Shown: positions 21,026 to 35,432 of the stretch, in pieces
Position numbering within the stretch: position 1 is the first letter of the stretch
Layout of the letters: each line of letters opens with the position of its first letter
Assembly: GCF_035084215.1 (NCBI RefSeq)
Contig: NW_027139401.1
Coordinates: 62,001 to 126,000, forward strand
Origin: Heptranchias perlo
Taxonomy: Eukaryota
DNA length: 64,000 bases
Direction of reading: 5' to 3'
Position numbers and translations under genes: made by a program
The notes under the pieces: model-generated
Told to the model about the DNA's origin: nothing
The model's database searches: none
What the model saw: only the letters and a program-made list of their open reading frames with translations

Positions 21026-22139
21026 CACAGTGAAGCTCCCTCAGTACTGACCCTCCGACAGTGCAGCGCTCCCTCAGTGCTGACCCTCTGACAGTGCAGC
21101 GCTCCCTCAGTACTGACCCTCCGACAGTGCAGCGGTCCCTCAGTACCGACCCTCCGACAGTGCGGCGCTCCCTCAGTACTGACCCTCCGACAGTGCTGCG
21201 CTCCCTCCGTACCCCCTTTCCCCATTCACCCCATCGCCCCCTGTGCCCCTTCTCTCTGCAAGATCTCTCCCCTCAGTCCCATTCCCCCTTTCCCCCCCAT
21301 CACCCCCTGTGCCCCTCTCTCTCTGAAAGATCTCTCCCCTCAGTCCCATTCCCCCTTTCCCCATTCACCCCATCACCCCCTGTGCCCCTCTCTGAAAGAT
21401 CTCTCCCCTCAGTCCCATTCCCTCATTCACCCCATCACCCCCTGTGCCCCTCTCTCTCTGAAAGATCTCTCCCCTCAGTCCCATTCCCCCTTTCCCCATT
21501 CCCCCCCAGTGCCCCTCTCTCTCTGAAAGTTCTCTCCCCTCAGTCCCATTCCCTTTCCCCATTCACCCCATCACCCCCTGTGCCCCTCTCTCTGAAAGAT
21601 CTCTCCCCTCAGTCCCATTCCCTCTTTCCCCATTCACCCCATCATCCCCTGTGCCCCCCTCTCTCTGAAAGATCTCTCCCTTCAGTCCCATTCCCCCTTT
21701 CCCCATTCCCCCCCAGTGCCCCTCTCTCTCTGAAAGTTCTCTCTCCTCAGTCCCATTCCCTTTCCCCATTCACCCCATCACCCCCTGTGCCCCTCTCTCT
21801 GAAAGATCTCTCCCCTCAGTCCCATTCCCTCTTTCCCCATTCACCCCATCACCCCCTGTGCCCCCCTCTCTCTGAAAGATCTCTCCCTTCAGTCCCATTC
21901 CCCCTTTCCCCATTCACCCCTCGCCCCCTGTGTCCCCTCTCTCTCTGAAAGATCTCTCCCCTCAGTCCCATTCCCTCTGCTCCCCCCACTGTTTCTGATG
22001 CTCCCTCTCTGTGTGGTGGAGATTACCCTACCAGATAGCAGTCTGTAGCACGAGTTACCTCAATTTGTGACAATAACCACTTCCTGATCCTCTACTTCAA
22101 CTCTTCGAGAGACTCCGACGCTCTGAATAAAACCCAGAG

Positions 22140-25100
22140 ATGTGGCAGTTGTGTGCGGGACGGGTCTGGAGCCTTGTCTGTGTGTTCCTGTTTGCCATCT
22201 GCGTGGGTAAGAGATATTCTTTTCATCAATTGTGTGTGAAGAGCAGCGAGAAGTGTGAGAACATCCTAAACGTTTCCAGTGTGTGCGAAGGCCATTCGGC
22301 CCATCGTGGTTGGTCCCTGGGTCTCTACTAGGCCAAACATCGCAACAATTCCGTCGCTCTCTCTCGCTGTCTCTGCCGCTCTATTTTCTTTTTGTCTGTC
22401 TCTCTCTCTGTCTTTCTTTCTCTCTGTCTTTCTTCACTCTGTCTGTGTCTTTCTGTCATCATCTCCCTCTCTCTGTTTCTCTCTCTCTTTCCCACCCTGT
22501 CTGTCTCGTTCCCTCACTGTCTCTCTCTCACTGTGTCACTGTCTCTCCCACCCTCTCTCTCACCATCCGTCTCCCTCATTCCCTCTCCCTATTTCACTCT
22601 CGCCCTCCCTCTCTCTCACCCTCCCTCTGTCTCACTCTCTCTGTCTCTCTATCCCTCTCCCTCTCTCTATGTCACTCTCTTTCTGTCTCCCTCTCCCTCT
22701 TTCTCACTCTCCCTCTGTCTCATTCCCTCTCCCTCTCTCTGCATCCCTCTCTCCCCCTCTCTCTCTTTCTCTCTCCCTCTGTCTCATTCTCTCCCTCTCT
22801 CTCTCNNNNNNNNNNNNNNNNNNNNNNNNNNNNNNNNNNNNNNNNNNNNNNNNNNNNNNNNNNNNNNNNNNNNNNNNNNNNNNNNNNNNNNNNNNNNNNN
22901 NNNNNNNNNNNNNNNNNNNNNNNNNNNNNNNNNNCCTCTTTACCCGTAGACGTGCACCATTCTCTCCTTAAAATAATTCTCACTTTGCCGTTTACAATAA
23001 ACCATTTCCTGCCAGCACTCGCTGTATCTTGCAGTCTGTGAACTGCATCAGCAAATATCTCCCATTACAGAGAGAGCTCCTCACACCCTGGCTGAACATT
23101 TCCGATTTCTCACTGCACCTCGTGCGGTTTCATTTGTTCAAAAATCTTTTACAGTTCTTTGTTTCTACAAATGTGTGAGGGCAAAGGAGAGACAAGTGTC
23201 CACCAGATAAAAACATACCCTGTATCTAAACTGTGCTGTACCTGCCCTGGGAGTGTTTGATGGGTCAGTGCAGAGGGAGCTTTACTCTGTATCTAACCCT
23301 GTACCTGACCCTGGGAGTGTTTGATGGGACAGTGTAGAGGGAGCTTTACTCTGTATCTAACCCTGTACCTGCCCTGGGAGTGTTTGATGGGTCAGTGCAG
23401 AGGGAGCTTTACTCTGTATCTAACCCTGCACCTGCCCTGGGAGTGTTTGATGGGACAGTGTAGAGGGAGCTTTACTCTGTATCTAAGCCTGTACCTGCCC
23501 TGGGTGTGTTTGATGGGACAGTGTAGAGGGAGCTTTACTCTGTATCTAAGCCTGTAGCTGGCCCTGGGAGTGTTTGATGGGACAGTGTAGAGGGAGCTTT
23601 ACTCTGTATCTAACCCTGCACCTGCCCTGGGAGTGTTTGATGGGACAGTGTAGAGGGAGCTTTACTCTGTATCTAACCCTGTACCTGCCCTGGGAGTGTT
23701 TGATGGGACAGTGTAGAGGGAGCTTTACTCTGTATCTAACCCTGTACCTGACCCTGGGAGTGTTTGATGGGACAGTGTAGAGGGAGCTTTACTCTGTATC
23801 TAAGCCTGTACCTGGCCCTGGGAGTGTTTGATGGGACAGTGTAGAGGGAGCTTTACTCTGTATCTGAGCCTGTACCTGGCCCTGGGAGTGTTTGATGGGA
23901 CAGTGTAGAGGGAGCTTTACTCTGTATCTAACCCTGCACCTGACCCTGGGAGTATTTGATGGGACAGTGTACAGGGAGCTTTACTCTGTATCAAAGCCTG
24001 TACCTGGCCCTGGGAGTGTTTGATGGGACAGTGTAGAGGGAGCTTTACTCTGTATCTAACCCTGCACCTGCCCTGCGAGTGTTTGATGGGACAGTGTAGA
24101 GGGAGCTTTACTCTGCATCTAACCCTGTACCGGACCTGGGAGTGTTTGATGGGACAGTGTAGAGGGAGCTTTACTCTGTATCTAACCCTGTACCTGCCCT
24201 GGGAGTGTTTGATGGGACAGTGTAGAGGGAGCTTTACTCTGTATCTAACCCTGTACCTGACCATGGGAGTGTTTGATGGGACAGTGTAGAGGGAGCTTTA
24301 CTCTGTATCAAAGCCTGTACCTGGCCCTGGGAGTGTTTGATGGGACAGTGTAGAGTGAGCTTAACTCTGTATCTGAGCCTGTACCTGGCCCTGGGAGTGT
24401 TTGATGGGACAGTGTAGAGGGAGCTTTACTCTGTATCTAACCATGTACCTGCCCTGGGAGTGTTTGATGGGACAGTGTAGAGGGAGCTTTACTCTGTATC
24501 TAACCCTGTACCTGACCCTGGGAGTGTTTGATGGGACAGTGTAGAGGGAGCTTTACTCTGTATCTAAGCCTGTACCTGGCCCTGGGAGTGTTTGATGGGA
24601 CAGTGTAGAGGGAGCTTTACTCTGTATCTAACACTGCACCTGACCCTGGGAGTGTTTGATGGGACAGTGTAGAGGGAGCTTTACTCTGTATCTAAGCCTG
24701 TACCTGGCCCTGTGAGTGTTTGATGGGACAATGTAGAGGGAGCTTTACTCTGTATCTAACCCTGTACCTGCCCTGGGAGTGTTTGATGGGACAGTGTAGA
24801 GGGAGCTTTACTCTGTATCTAACACTGTACCTGACCCTGGGAGTGTTTGATGGGACAGTGTAGAGGGAGCTTTACTCTGTATCTCAGCCTGTACCTGGCC
24901 CTGGGAGTGTTTGATGGGACAGTGTGGAGGGAGCTTTACTCTGTATCTAACCCTGTACCTGCCCTGGGAGTGTTTGATGGGACAGTGTAGAGGGAGCTTT
25001 ACTCTGTATCTAACCCTGTACCTGCCCTGGGAGTGTTTGATGGGACAGTGTAGAGGGAGCTTTACTCTGTATCTAACCCTGTACCTGCCCTGGGAGTGTT

Positions 25101-28100
25101 TGATGGGTCAGTGCAGAGGGAGCTTTACTCTGTATCTAACCATGTACCTGCCCCTGGGAGTGTTTGATGGGACAGTGTAGAGGGAGCTTTACTCTGTATC
25201 TAAGCCTGTACCTGGCCCTGGGAGTGTTTGATGGGACAGTGTAGAGGGAGCTTTACTCTGTATCTAAGCCTGTACCTGGCCCTGGGAGTGTTTGATGGGA
25301 CAGTGTGGAGGGAGCTTTACTCTGTATCTGAGCCTGTACCTGGCCCTGGGAGTGTTTGATGGGACAGTGTAGAGGGAGCTTTACTCTGTATCTGAGCCTG
25401 TACCTGGCCCTGGGAGTGTTTGAAGGGACAGTGTAGAGGGAGCTTTACTCTGTATCTAACCCTGCACCTGACCCTGGGAGTATTTGATGGGACAGTGCAC
25501 AGGGAGCTTTACTCTGTATCTAAGCCTGTACCTGGCCCTGGGAGTGTTTGATGGGACAGTGTAGAGGGAGCTTTACTCTGTATCTAACCCTGCACCTGCC
25601 CTGGGAGTGTTTGATGGGACAGTGTAGAGGGAGCTTTACTCTGTATCTAACCCTGTACCGGACCTGGGAGTGTTTGATGGGACAGTGTAGAGGGAGCTTT
25701 ACTCTGTATCTAACCCTGTACCTGCCCTGGGAGTGTTTGATGGGACAGTGTAGAGGGAGCTTTACTCTGTATCTAACCCTGTACCTGACCCTGGGAGTGT
25801 TTGATGGGACAGTGTAGAGGGAGCTTTACTCTGTATCAAAGCCTGTACCTGGCCCTGGGAGTGCTTGATGGGACAGTGTAGAGTGAGCTTACCTCTGTAT
25901 CTGAGCCTGTACCTGGCCCTGGGAGTGTTTGATGGGACAGTGTAGAGGGAGCTTTACTCTGTATCTAACCATGTACCTGCCCTGGGAGTGTTTGATGGGA
26001 CAGTGTAGAGGGAGCTTTACTCTGTATCTAACCCTGTACCTGACCCTGGGAGTGTTTGATGGGACAGTGTAGAGGGAGCTTTACTCTGTATCTAAGCCTG
26101 TACCTGGCCCTGGGAGTGTTTGATGGGACAGTGTAGAGGGAGCTTTACTCTGTATCTAACACTGTACCTGACCCTGGGAGTGTTTGATGGGACAGTGTAG
26201 AGGGAGCTTTACTCTGTATCTAAGCCTGTACCTGGCCCTGTGAGTGTTTGATGGGACAGTGTAGAGGGAGCTTTACTCTGTATCTAACCCTGTACCTGCC
26301 CTGGGAGTGTTTGATGGGACAGTGTAGAGGGAGCTTTACTCTGTATCTAACCCTGTACCTGCCCTGGGAGTGTTTGATGGGACAGTGTAGAGGGAGCTTT
26401 ACTCTGTATCTAACCCTGTACCTGCCCTGGGAGTGTTTGATGGGTCAGTGTAGAGGGAGCTTTACTCTGTATCTAAGCCTGTACCTGGCCCTGGGAGTGT
26501 TTGATGGGACAGTGCAGAGGGAGCTTTACTCTGTATCTAACACTGTATCTGACCCTGGGAGTGTTTGATGGGACAGTGTAGAGGGAGCTTTACTCTGTAT
26601 CTAAGCCTGTACCTGGCCCTGGGAGTGTTTGATGGGACAGTGCAGAGGGAGCTTTACTCTGTATCTAACCCTGTACCTGCCCTGGGATTCTTTGATGGGA
26701 CAGTGTAGAGGGAGCTTTACTCTGTATCTAACCCTGTACCTGCCCTGGGAGTGTTTGATGGGACAGTGTAGAGGGAGCTTTACTCTGTATCTAACCCTGT
26801 ACCTGCCCTGGGAGTGTTTGATGGGTCAGTGCAGAGGGAGCTTTACTCTGTATCTAACCATGTACCTGCCCCTGGGAGTGTTTGATGGGACAGTGTAGAG
26901 GGAGCTTTACTCTGTATCTAAGCCTGTACCTGGCCCTGGGAGTGTTTGATGGGACAGTGTAGAGGGAGCTTTACTCTGTATCTAAGCCTGTACCTGGCCC
27001 TGGGAGTGTTTGATGGGACAGTGTAGAGGGAGCTTTACTCTGTATCTGAGCCTGTACCTGGCCCTGGGAGTGTTTGATGGGACAGTGTAGAGGGAGCTTT
27101 ACTCTGTATCTAACCCTGTACCTGACCCTGGGAGTATTTGATGGGACAGTGTGCAGGGAGCTTTACTCTGTATCTAAGCCTGTACCTGGCCCTGGGAGTG
27201 TTTGATGGGACAGTGTAGAGGGAGCTTTACTCTGTATCTAAGCCTGTAGCTGGCCCTGGGAGTGTTTGATGGGACAGTGTAGAGGGAGCTTTACTCTGTA
27301 TCTAACCCTGCACCTGCCCTGGGAGTGTTTGATGGGACAGTGTAGAGGGAGCTTTACTCTGTATCTAACCCTGTACCGGACCTGGGAGTGTTTGATGGGA
27401 CAGTGTAGTGGGAGCTTTACTCTGTATCTAACCCTGTACCTGCCCTGGGAGTGTTTGATGGGACAGTGTAGAGGGAGCTTTACTCTGTATCTAACCCTGT
27501 ACCTGACCCTGGGAGTGTTTGATGGGACAGTGTAGAGGGAGCTTTACTCTGTATCTAAGCCTGTACCTGGCCCTGGGAGTGTTTGATGGGACAGTGTAGA
27601 GGGAGCTTTACTCTGTATCTGAGCCTGTACCTGGCCCTGGGAGTGTTTGATGGGACAGTGTAGAGGGAGCTTTACTCTGTATCTAACCCTGTACGTGCCC
27701 TGGGAGTGTTTGACAGGACAGTGTGGAGGGAGCTTTACTCTGTATCTAAACCTGTACCTGCCCTGGGAGTGTTTGATGGGACAGTGTAGAGGGAGCTTTA
27801 CTCTGTATCTAACCCTGTACCTGCCCTGGGAGTGTTTGATGGGACAGTGTAGAGGGAGCTTTACTCTGTATCTAAACCTGTACCTGCCCTGGGAGTGTTT
27901 GATGGGACAGTGTAGAGGGAGCTTTACTCTGTATCTAACCCTGTACCTGCCCTGGGAGTGTTTGATGGGACAGTGTAGAGGAAGCTTTACTCTGTATCTA
28001 ACCCTGTACCTGCCCTGGGAGTGTTTGATGGGACAGTATAGAGGGAGCTTTACTCTGTATCTAACCCTGTACCTGCCCTGGGTGTGTTTGACGGGACAGT

Positions 28101-31100
28101 GTGGAGGGAGCTTTACTCTGTATCTAACCCTGTACCTGCCCTGGGAGTGTTTGATGGGACAGTGTAGAGGGAGCTTTACTCTGTATCTAACCCTGTACCT
28201 GCCCTGGGAGTGTTTGATGGGACAGTGTAGAGGAAGCTTTACTCTGTATCTAACCCTGTACCTGCCCTGGGAGTGTTTGATGGGACAGTATAGAGGGAGC
28301 TTTACTCTGTATCTAACCCTGTACCTGCCCTGGGTGTGTTTGACGGGACAGTGTGGAGGGAGCTTTACTCTGTATCTAACCCTGTACCTGCCCTGGGAGT
28401 GTTTGATGTGACAGTGTAGAGGGAGCTTTACTCTGTATCTAAGCCTGTACCTGCCCTGGGAGTGTTTGATGGGACAGTGTAGAGGGAGCTTTACTCTGTA
28501 TCTAACCCTGTACCTGCCCTGGGAGTGTTTGATGGGACAGTGTGGAGGGAGCTTTACTCTGTATCTAACCCTGTACCTGCCCCTGGGAGTGTTTGATGGG
28601 ACAGTGTAGAGGGAGCTTTGCTCTGTATCTAATCCTGTACCTGCCCTGGGAGTGTTTGATGGGACAGTGTAGAGGGAGCTTTACTCTGTATCTAACCCTG
28701 TCCCTGCCCTGGGAGTGTTTGATGGGACAGTGTCGAGGGTTCTTGACTCGAACTCCTCCACAAATTATCTGCCCCATTTCTCACGTTCCAACACTTCAAA
28801 AGTATTTCCTTGCCTTTCAGTCACTTTGAGACCCTGTGGAGATGTGGCACTGGGTTATGTATCTCTCCAACTCGTTCCTCAATCACTGAGCTTGTCCTGT
28901 TCCACAAACACTCACTGTCTCCTCCTGTTAACTCAGGTGAAATTCAGACTCTCCGTCCCCCTGTGAATGGAACCCTGGGTCAGTCGATTGTCTTACCTGT
29001 TGGGATCCCACCCACACCGGAGGATGTTGAGGTTGTTTGGAAACGCAAAGAACCCGACGCCAGAATAGCGAGATACACGAACAAGAATGTTGAAACGTTC
29101 GGCACTGATGAGTACACACGACGGATAAAGTTTCATCCAGAGAATTACAGTCTGCAAATCAGTGACTTACAGAGAGAGGACAGTGGTGTGTATGAGGTGA
29201 TTGTAACAGGAGAGTTAGGACGTGAAACTTCGGAGCTGGTTCGACTGGACGTGTACGGTGAGTGAGATTGTATCTGCTGATTCTGGGCTTCACCCATTAC
29301 TGAAAGACCCCAAATTAATGGGTCGGGACAGATATTGTACATTGCAAAGTTTATTGAATCGCTCCTGATTGTCAGTGCCCATACTGGGGTCACTGATCTC
29401 AGGGGTGTCGGGGTGAGGCAGCCTGAGTCTGGGGGTACACGCAGTGCATTGCAGGATTTACTCAATCCCAGTGTAAACCCTGTTTCCATTGGAGGGATGG
29501 AGAGGGGAGATGAAACAGGTTCCCCACAATCTCAGACTCACTGTGAAATACCTCACTCAATCCCAGTGTGAACCCTGTTCCCATCGGAGGGATGGAGAGG
29601 GGAGATGAAACAGGTTCCCCACAATCTCAGACTCACTGTGAAATACCTCACTCAATCCCAGTGTAAACCCTGTTCCCATCGGAGGGATGGAGAGGGGAGA
29701 TGAAACAGGTTCCCCACAATCTCAGACTCACTGTGAAATACCTCACTCAATCCCAGTGTGAACCCTGTTCCCATCGGAGGGATGGAGAGGGGAGATGAAA
29801 CAGGTTCCCCACAATCTCAGACTCACTGTGAAATACCAGAATACAGTTCTGTGCCTTTCACCATCTTGTCCTGTTTGCTGTTCATTCACCTGCCTCGTGG
29901 AAATAAATCAGTTGTCGGTCTAAATCCCGAGTCTCCAGACATTCGGAGAATCTGGGAATCTTTTAACGAGAAGGATTGACAGGACAGCCCACAAAACGTT
30001 CCAGTAACCAGGGTACAGAGTCATTATTCCCGATCATAATCCCAGGGTCTCCCTCTTATTTAACGCGATCTAGGCCAGAACGAGAGGGCGCACTCCAGAT
30101 CTTAAGGGACACAGGCTCAGCTTACAGGAGTGAGTGATGACACGGAACCAGTGAGAATTCCCGGGATACAAACCCAAAAACGGTGAATTTGAGCGAAGGA
30201 GTGTGCGATGCATGTGTGTGACTCTCCTCCATTTTGATCCGCGTGAAACCAGCGGGGCAGCGAGACAGTTAAAATGGCGGATGGAGGACTGAGACGGGAT
30301 CTGCTTAAAGTTGACTCGGGAGCATCGTTGACGACACGGGTGGCGGGGAGGGGATTGTTGGGTATCGAACTGTCACACAAGGGCCTCCATTACTTTCTCA
30401 CAGGCCTGCCTGTGTTTTTCTTTCTATCCTAATGTCAGAGCGTGTGTCAGGAACGAAGATCAGGTCTACTGTCACCCAGGGGATCTGTAACATCACCCTG
30501 ACCTGCTCAGTGACCTCAGGCGATCTCACCAGCTTCCGATGGTGGAGGGGACGAGAGGAGTTGGGGAATGACAGCAACCATTATCTCTCTGGATACGGAG
30601 AGGAACTCCGGATCTATTACACATCGGATGTCAAGGAGAGTGTGTACAGGTGTGAAGCCTGGAACGCAGTCAGTAAGGACACTGCACAGGTCGAGCTGAG
30701 TGATGTCTGCAATATACCCGTATCTGGTGAGTGTCACAGTGAGAGAAACAAACAACTACATTCAGGTATCAGACAGTCTCGTGTTGTACCTGCCCTGGGA
30801 GTGTTTGATGGGACAGTGTAGAGGGAGCTTTACTCTGTATCTAACCCTGTACCTGCCCTGGGAGTGTTTGATGGGACAGTGTAGAGGGAGCTTTACTCTG
30901 TATCTAACCCTGTACCTGCCCCTGGGAGTGTTTGATGGGACAGTGTAGAGGGAGCTTTAATCTGTATCTAACCCTGTACCTGACCCTGGGAGTGTTTGAT
31001 GGGACAGCGTAGAGGGAGCTTTACTCTGTATCTAACCCTGTACCTGCCCTGGGAGTGTTCGAGGGGACAGTGTAGAGGGAGCTTTACTCTGTATCTAACC

Positions 31101-34100
31101 CTGTACCTGCCCTGGGAGTGTTTGATGGGACAGTGTGGAGGGAGCTTTACTCTGTATCTAACCCTGTACCTGCCCTGGGAGTGTTTGATGGGACAGTGTC
31201 GAGGGAGCTTTACTCTGTATCTAACCCTGTACCTGCCCTGGGAGTGTTCGAGGGGACAGTGTAGAGGGAGCTTTACTCTGTATCTAACCCTGTACCTGCC
31301 CTGGGAGTGTTTGACGGGACAGTGTAGAGGGAGCTTTACTCTGTATCTAACCCTGTACCTGCCCTGGGAGTGTTCGAGGGGACAGTGTAGAGGGAGCTTT
31401 ACTCTGTATCTAACCCTGTACCTGCCCTGGGAGTGTTTGACGGGACAGTGTCGAGGGAGCTTTACTCTGTATCTAACCCTGTACCTGCCCTGGGATTGTT
31501 TGATCCTTGACCTCGCACGGAGCTCGACCTGATTTGGCCCACGGATTGCTCGGTGAGTTGCCTCCGTGATGGTGAAGATCATCCTGTAAAATTGTCCTAA
31601 ATTGTCTCTGTCCTTTTCACATCTTCCAGGCGTATCTGTTACGAATTCATCTGACATCAACTGCATTGCCCTCCTCCTTGTTTTTTTAATTCCATGTGTC
31701 GCCTTCTCCATTTATAAATGCCGTCGACATTCCTCCCGTTCAGAAGGTAAGAGATCATCTTCATCTCAATCAATGGGTGTGTCAGACTGCTGACCTTTCA
31801 CCCTCTGGGGTGGGGAGCTTTTTGCGGGGGTGTCAAATCGAGCTGGTTTTATCCCGGGCCCTCAGTGTCTCTTGAACTCTCTCATCGTAGGCTTGGCAAA
31901 TGCTGCAGATGGTCGAAGCTTCGAACGTGCCTCGGTTCCCAACAATTACGTGAGTATTGATGTACCTCGCCACGCACACACACACGGAGATCCCACAGCT
32001 TCCCTCACCACCTGTGTGCCCTCCGTAGCCATCAGCTCATCCAAACTCTCGGCTGCCCCCCCTCTCCGTATCCGCACTCGTCCCGTTCGCCCATCACCCC
32101 TCCCCCACATGCTGTCTGAACCCTCCGTTGGCGGCCCATGGTTATCCAAGCCTCTCCGGGGCTTAGAACGGTGCGAGCCCCCTTTTGGCCAAAACGCTTT
32201 GGACCTCTTATCGTTAGTACTGACGGTGAGGGCTGGTTTTGTTGCAGTGAATCGGACAATGATGGCAATCAGAGCTTAACTCCATGGGCATTAAACAACA
32301 CAGGAGCAGGAGGAGGCCATTCGGCCCCTCGAGCCCGTTCCGCCATTCATTGAGATCAGGGCTGATCTGTGACCTCTGCCCCATATCCCTTAATACCCTT
32401 CGGTTAACAAAAACTGAACAATCTGAGATTTAAAATGAACAACTGAGCTGGCATCGACTGCCGTTTGCGGGAGAGAGTTCCAAACTTCTCCCACCCTTTG
32501 CCTGTCGAAGTGTTTCCAAACCTCACCCCTGAAAGTCCTGCCTCAAATTTTTAGACGGTGTCCCCCAGTCCCACCATAAGAGCATAAGACCGTAAGAGAT
32601 AGGAGCAGGAGTAGGCCATTCGGCCCCTCGAGCCTGCTCCGCCATTCAATGAGATCATGGCTGATCTGATTTTTACCACAACTCCACTTTCCCGCCCTTT
32701 CCCCATATCCTTTGACTCCCTCGCTGATCAGAAATGTGTCTAACTCGGCCTTGAATGTACTCAGTGACTCGGCCTCCACAGCTTTTTGGGGTAAAGAATT
32801 CCAAAGATTCACGACCCCCTGGGAGAAGAAATTCCTCCTCATTTCCGTCTTACTCTGGGACTATGCCCCCTCGTTTTAGATTCCCCCATGAGGGATAACA
32901 TCCTCTCAGCATCTACCCTGTCGAGTCCCCAACCAGCAGAAATAGTTTCTCTCTATCTCCCCTATCAGTTCCCCTTAATAGCTTAAAAACTTCGATCAAA
33001 TCACCCCTTAATCTTCTAAATTCCAGGGAATACAACCCGAGTTTGTGTGTTCTCTCCTCGGAATTTAACTCTTGGAGTCCAGGTATCGTTCTGGTGAACC
33101 AACGCTGCACTCCCTCCAAGGCCACTATCTCCTTCCCAAGGTGCGGTGCCCAGAACTGAACCCAGTACTCCAGGTGTTGTCTAACCAGGGCTCTGTATCG
33201 CTGTACAATAACTTCTACCCCCCCCCACCACCTTGTATTCCAGTCCTCCGTATATAGAGTCCAGCAACAATAATCTGCATTTATCCAGTGCCTTTTAACG
33301 TAGTGAAACGTCACAAGGTGCTTCCCAGGAGCGTAAATCAGGCAAAATGAGACCCCGAGCCACATATTAGGAGATATCAGGACAGGTGACCAAAAGCTTG
33401 GGTCAAAGAGGGAGTTTTAAGGAGAGTCTTAAAGGAGGAGAGAGAGGGGTGGAGAGGTTTAGGGAGGGAATTCCAGAGCACAGAGGCCCCAGGCAGCTGA
33501 AGGCACGGCCGCCAATGGTGGAGCGATGGGAATCGGGGGGATGGGCAAGAGGCCAGAATTGGAGAAGCGCAGAGATCCGGGGGGGGGGTTGGGGGGCTGG
33601 TTGGAGGGGCTGGAGGAGGTTACAGAGATCTGGGAGGATTGGAGGGGCTGGTGGGGGTTGCAGAGATCTGGGAGGATTGGAGGGGCTGGAGGAGGTTACA
33701 GAGATCTGGGAGGGTCGGAGGGGCTGGAGGAGGTTGCAGAGATCTGGGAGGATTGGAGGGGCTGGAGGAGGTTACAAAGATCTGCGAGGGTTGGAGGGGC
33801 TGGAGGAGGTTACAAAGATCTGGGAGGGTCGGAGGGGCTGGAGGAGGTTACAGAGATCTGGGAGGGTAGGAGGGGCTGGAGGAGGTTACAGAGATCTGGG
33901 AGGGTCGGAGGGGCTGGAGGAGGGTTACAGAGATCTGGGAGGGTCAGAGGGGCTGGAGGAGGGTTACAGAGATCTGGGAGGATTGGAGGGGCTGGAGGAG
34001 GTTACAGAGATCTGGGAGGGTCGGAGGGGCTGGAGGAGGGTTACAGAGATCTGGGAGGGTCGGAGGGGCTGGAGGAGGGTTACAGAGATCTGGGAGGGTC

Positions 34101-35432
34101 GGAGGGGCTGGAGGAGGGTTACAGAGATCTGGGAGGGTCGGAGGGGCTGGAGGAGGTTACAGAGATCTGGGAGGGTCGGAGGGGCTGGAGGAGGTTACAG
34201 AGATCTAGGAGGGTTGGAGGGGCTGGAGGAGGTTACAGAGATCTGGGAGGGTCGGTGGGGCTGGAGGAGGTTAGAGATCTGGGAGGATTGGAGGGGCTGG
34301 AGGGGGTTGCAGAGATCTGGGAGCATTGGAGGGGCTGGAGGAGGTTACAGAGATCTGGGAGGGTCGGAGGGGCTGGAGGAGGGTTACAGAGATCTGGGAG
34401 GGTCGGAGGGGCTGGAGGAGGGTTACAGAGATCTGGGAGGGTCGGAGGGGCTGGAGGAGGGTTACAGAGATCTGGGTGGGTCGGAGGGGCTGGAGGAGGT
34501 TACAGAGATCTGGGAGGGTCGGAGGGGCTGGAGGAGGTTACAGAGATCTAGGAGGGTTGGAGGGGCTGGAGGAGGTTACAGGGATCTGGGAGGGTTGGAG
34601 GGGCTGGAGGAGGTTACAAAGATCTGCGAGGGTTGGAGGGGCTGGAGGAGGTTACAGGGATCTGAGAGGGTTGGAGGGGCTGGAGGAGGTTACAGGGATC
34701 TGGGAGGGTTGGAGGGGCTGGAGGGGGTTGCAGAGATCTGGGAGGATTGGAGGGGCTGGAGGAGGTTACAGAGATCTGGGAGGGTCGGAGGGGCTGGAGG
34801 AGGTTACAGAGATCTGGGAGGGTCGGAGGGGCTGGAGGAGGTTACAGAGATCTGGGAGGGTCGGAGGGGCTGGAGGAGGTTACAGAGATCTGGGAGGGTC
34901 GGAGGGGCTGGAGGAGGTTACAGAGATCTGGGAGGGGTTGGGGGCGAGGGCCATGGAGGGGATTTGAACACGAGGATGGGATCATTTTAAAATCGAGGCA
35001 TTGCTGGACCGGTTACCAATGTAGGTCCAGCGAGCACCGGGGGGGGTGACAGGTGAACGGGACCTAGGATGCGGGGGGCAGCAGAGTTTGGGACGAGTGG
35101 ATGGTTACGGAGCGTGCAGAGGTGAGAAAGCATTGGGGAATACTCGAGTGTGGGGGTGACAAAGGGCACGGATGAGGATTTCAGCAACAGATGAGCTGAG
35201 GCGGGAAGTGGAGGTGGGGGGGGCCGGAGACGGGCGATGTTACAGGAGGTGGAAGCAGGCAGTCTTGGTGATGGAGCAGAAATGTGGCCGCAATCGGACG
35301 CCAAAGTTGAGAACATTCCTGAGTGTGTCATTTTTTTTCCCTTCCCGTCCCGAGGCATCGCAGGTTAACAGCGAGAACCCGGAAAGCCCGCCCCCCGTCT
35401 CCGCAGAGGTACAACGCTCGAGCGGAACGTGA
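22140..35432 (+). CDS. CD2/SLAM-family IgSF receptor, gene 2 (hybrid copy). Exons: 22140-22206, 28937-29257, 30439-30726, 31630-31746, 31891-31949, 35364-35432
   Basis: Same exon lengths (67, 321, 288, 117, 59, 69 nt), splice sites and open frame as gene 1. Intron 1 is enlarged by a roughly 5.5-kb minisatellite array. Confidence 0.86.
23215..28745 (-). repeat. Expanded 63/64-bp minisatellite array (about 5.5 kb) in intron 1 of gene 2, with internal block duplications
   Basis: Unit as in other introns. Variant patterns recur at offsets of 1528 and 1718 bp. Confidence 0.95.
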
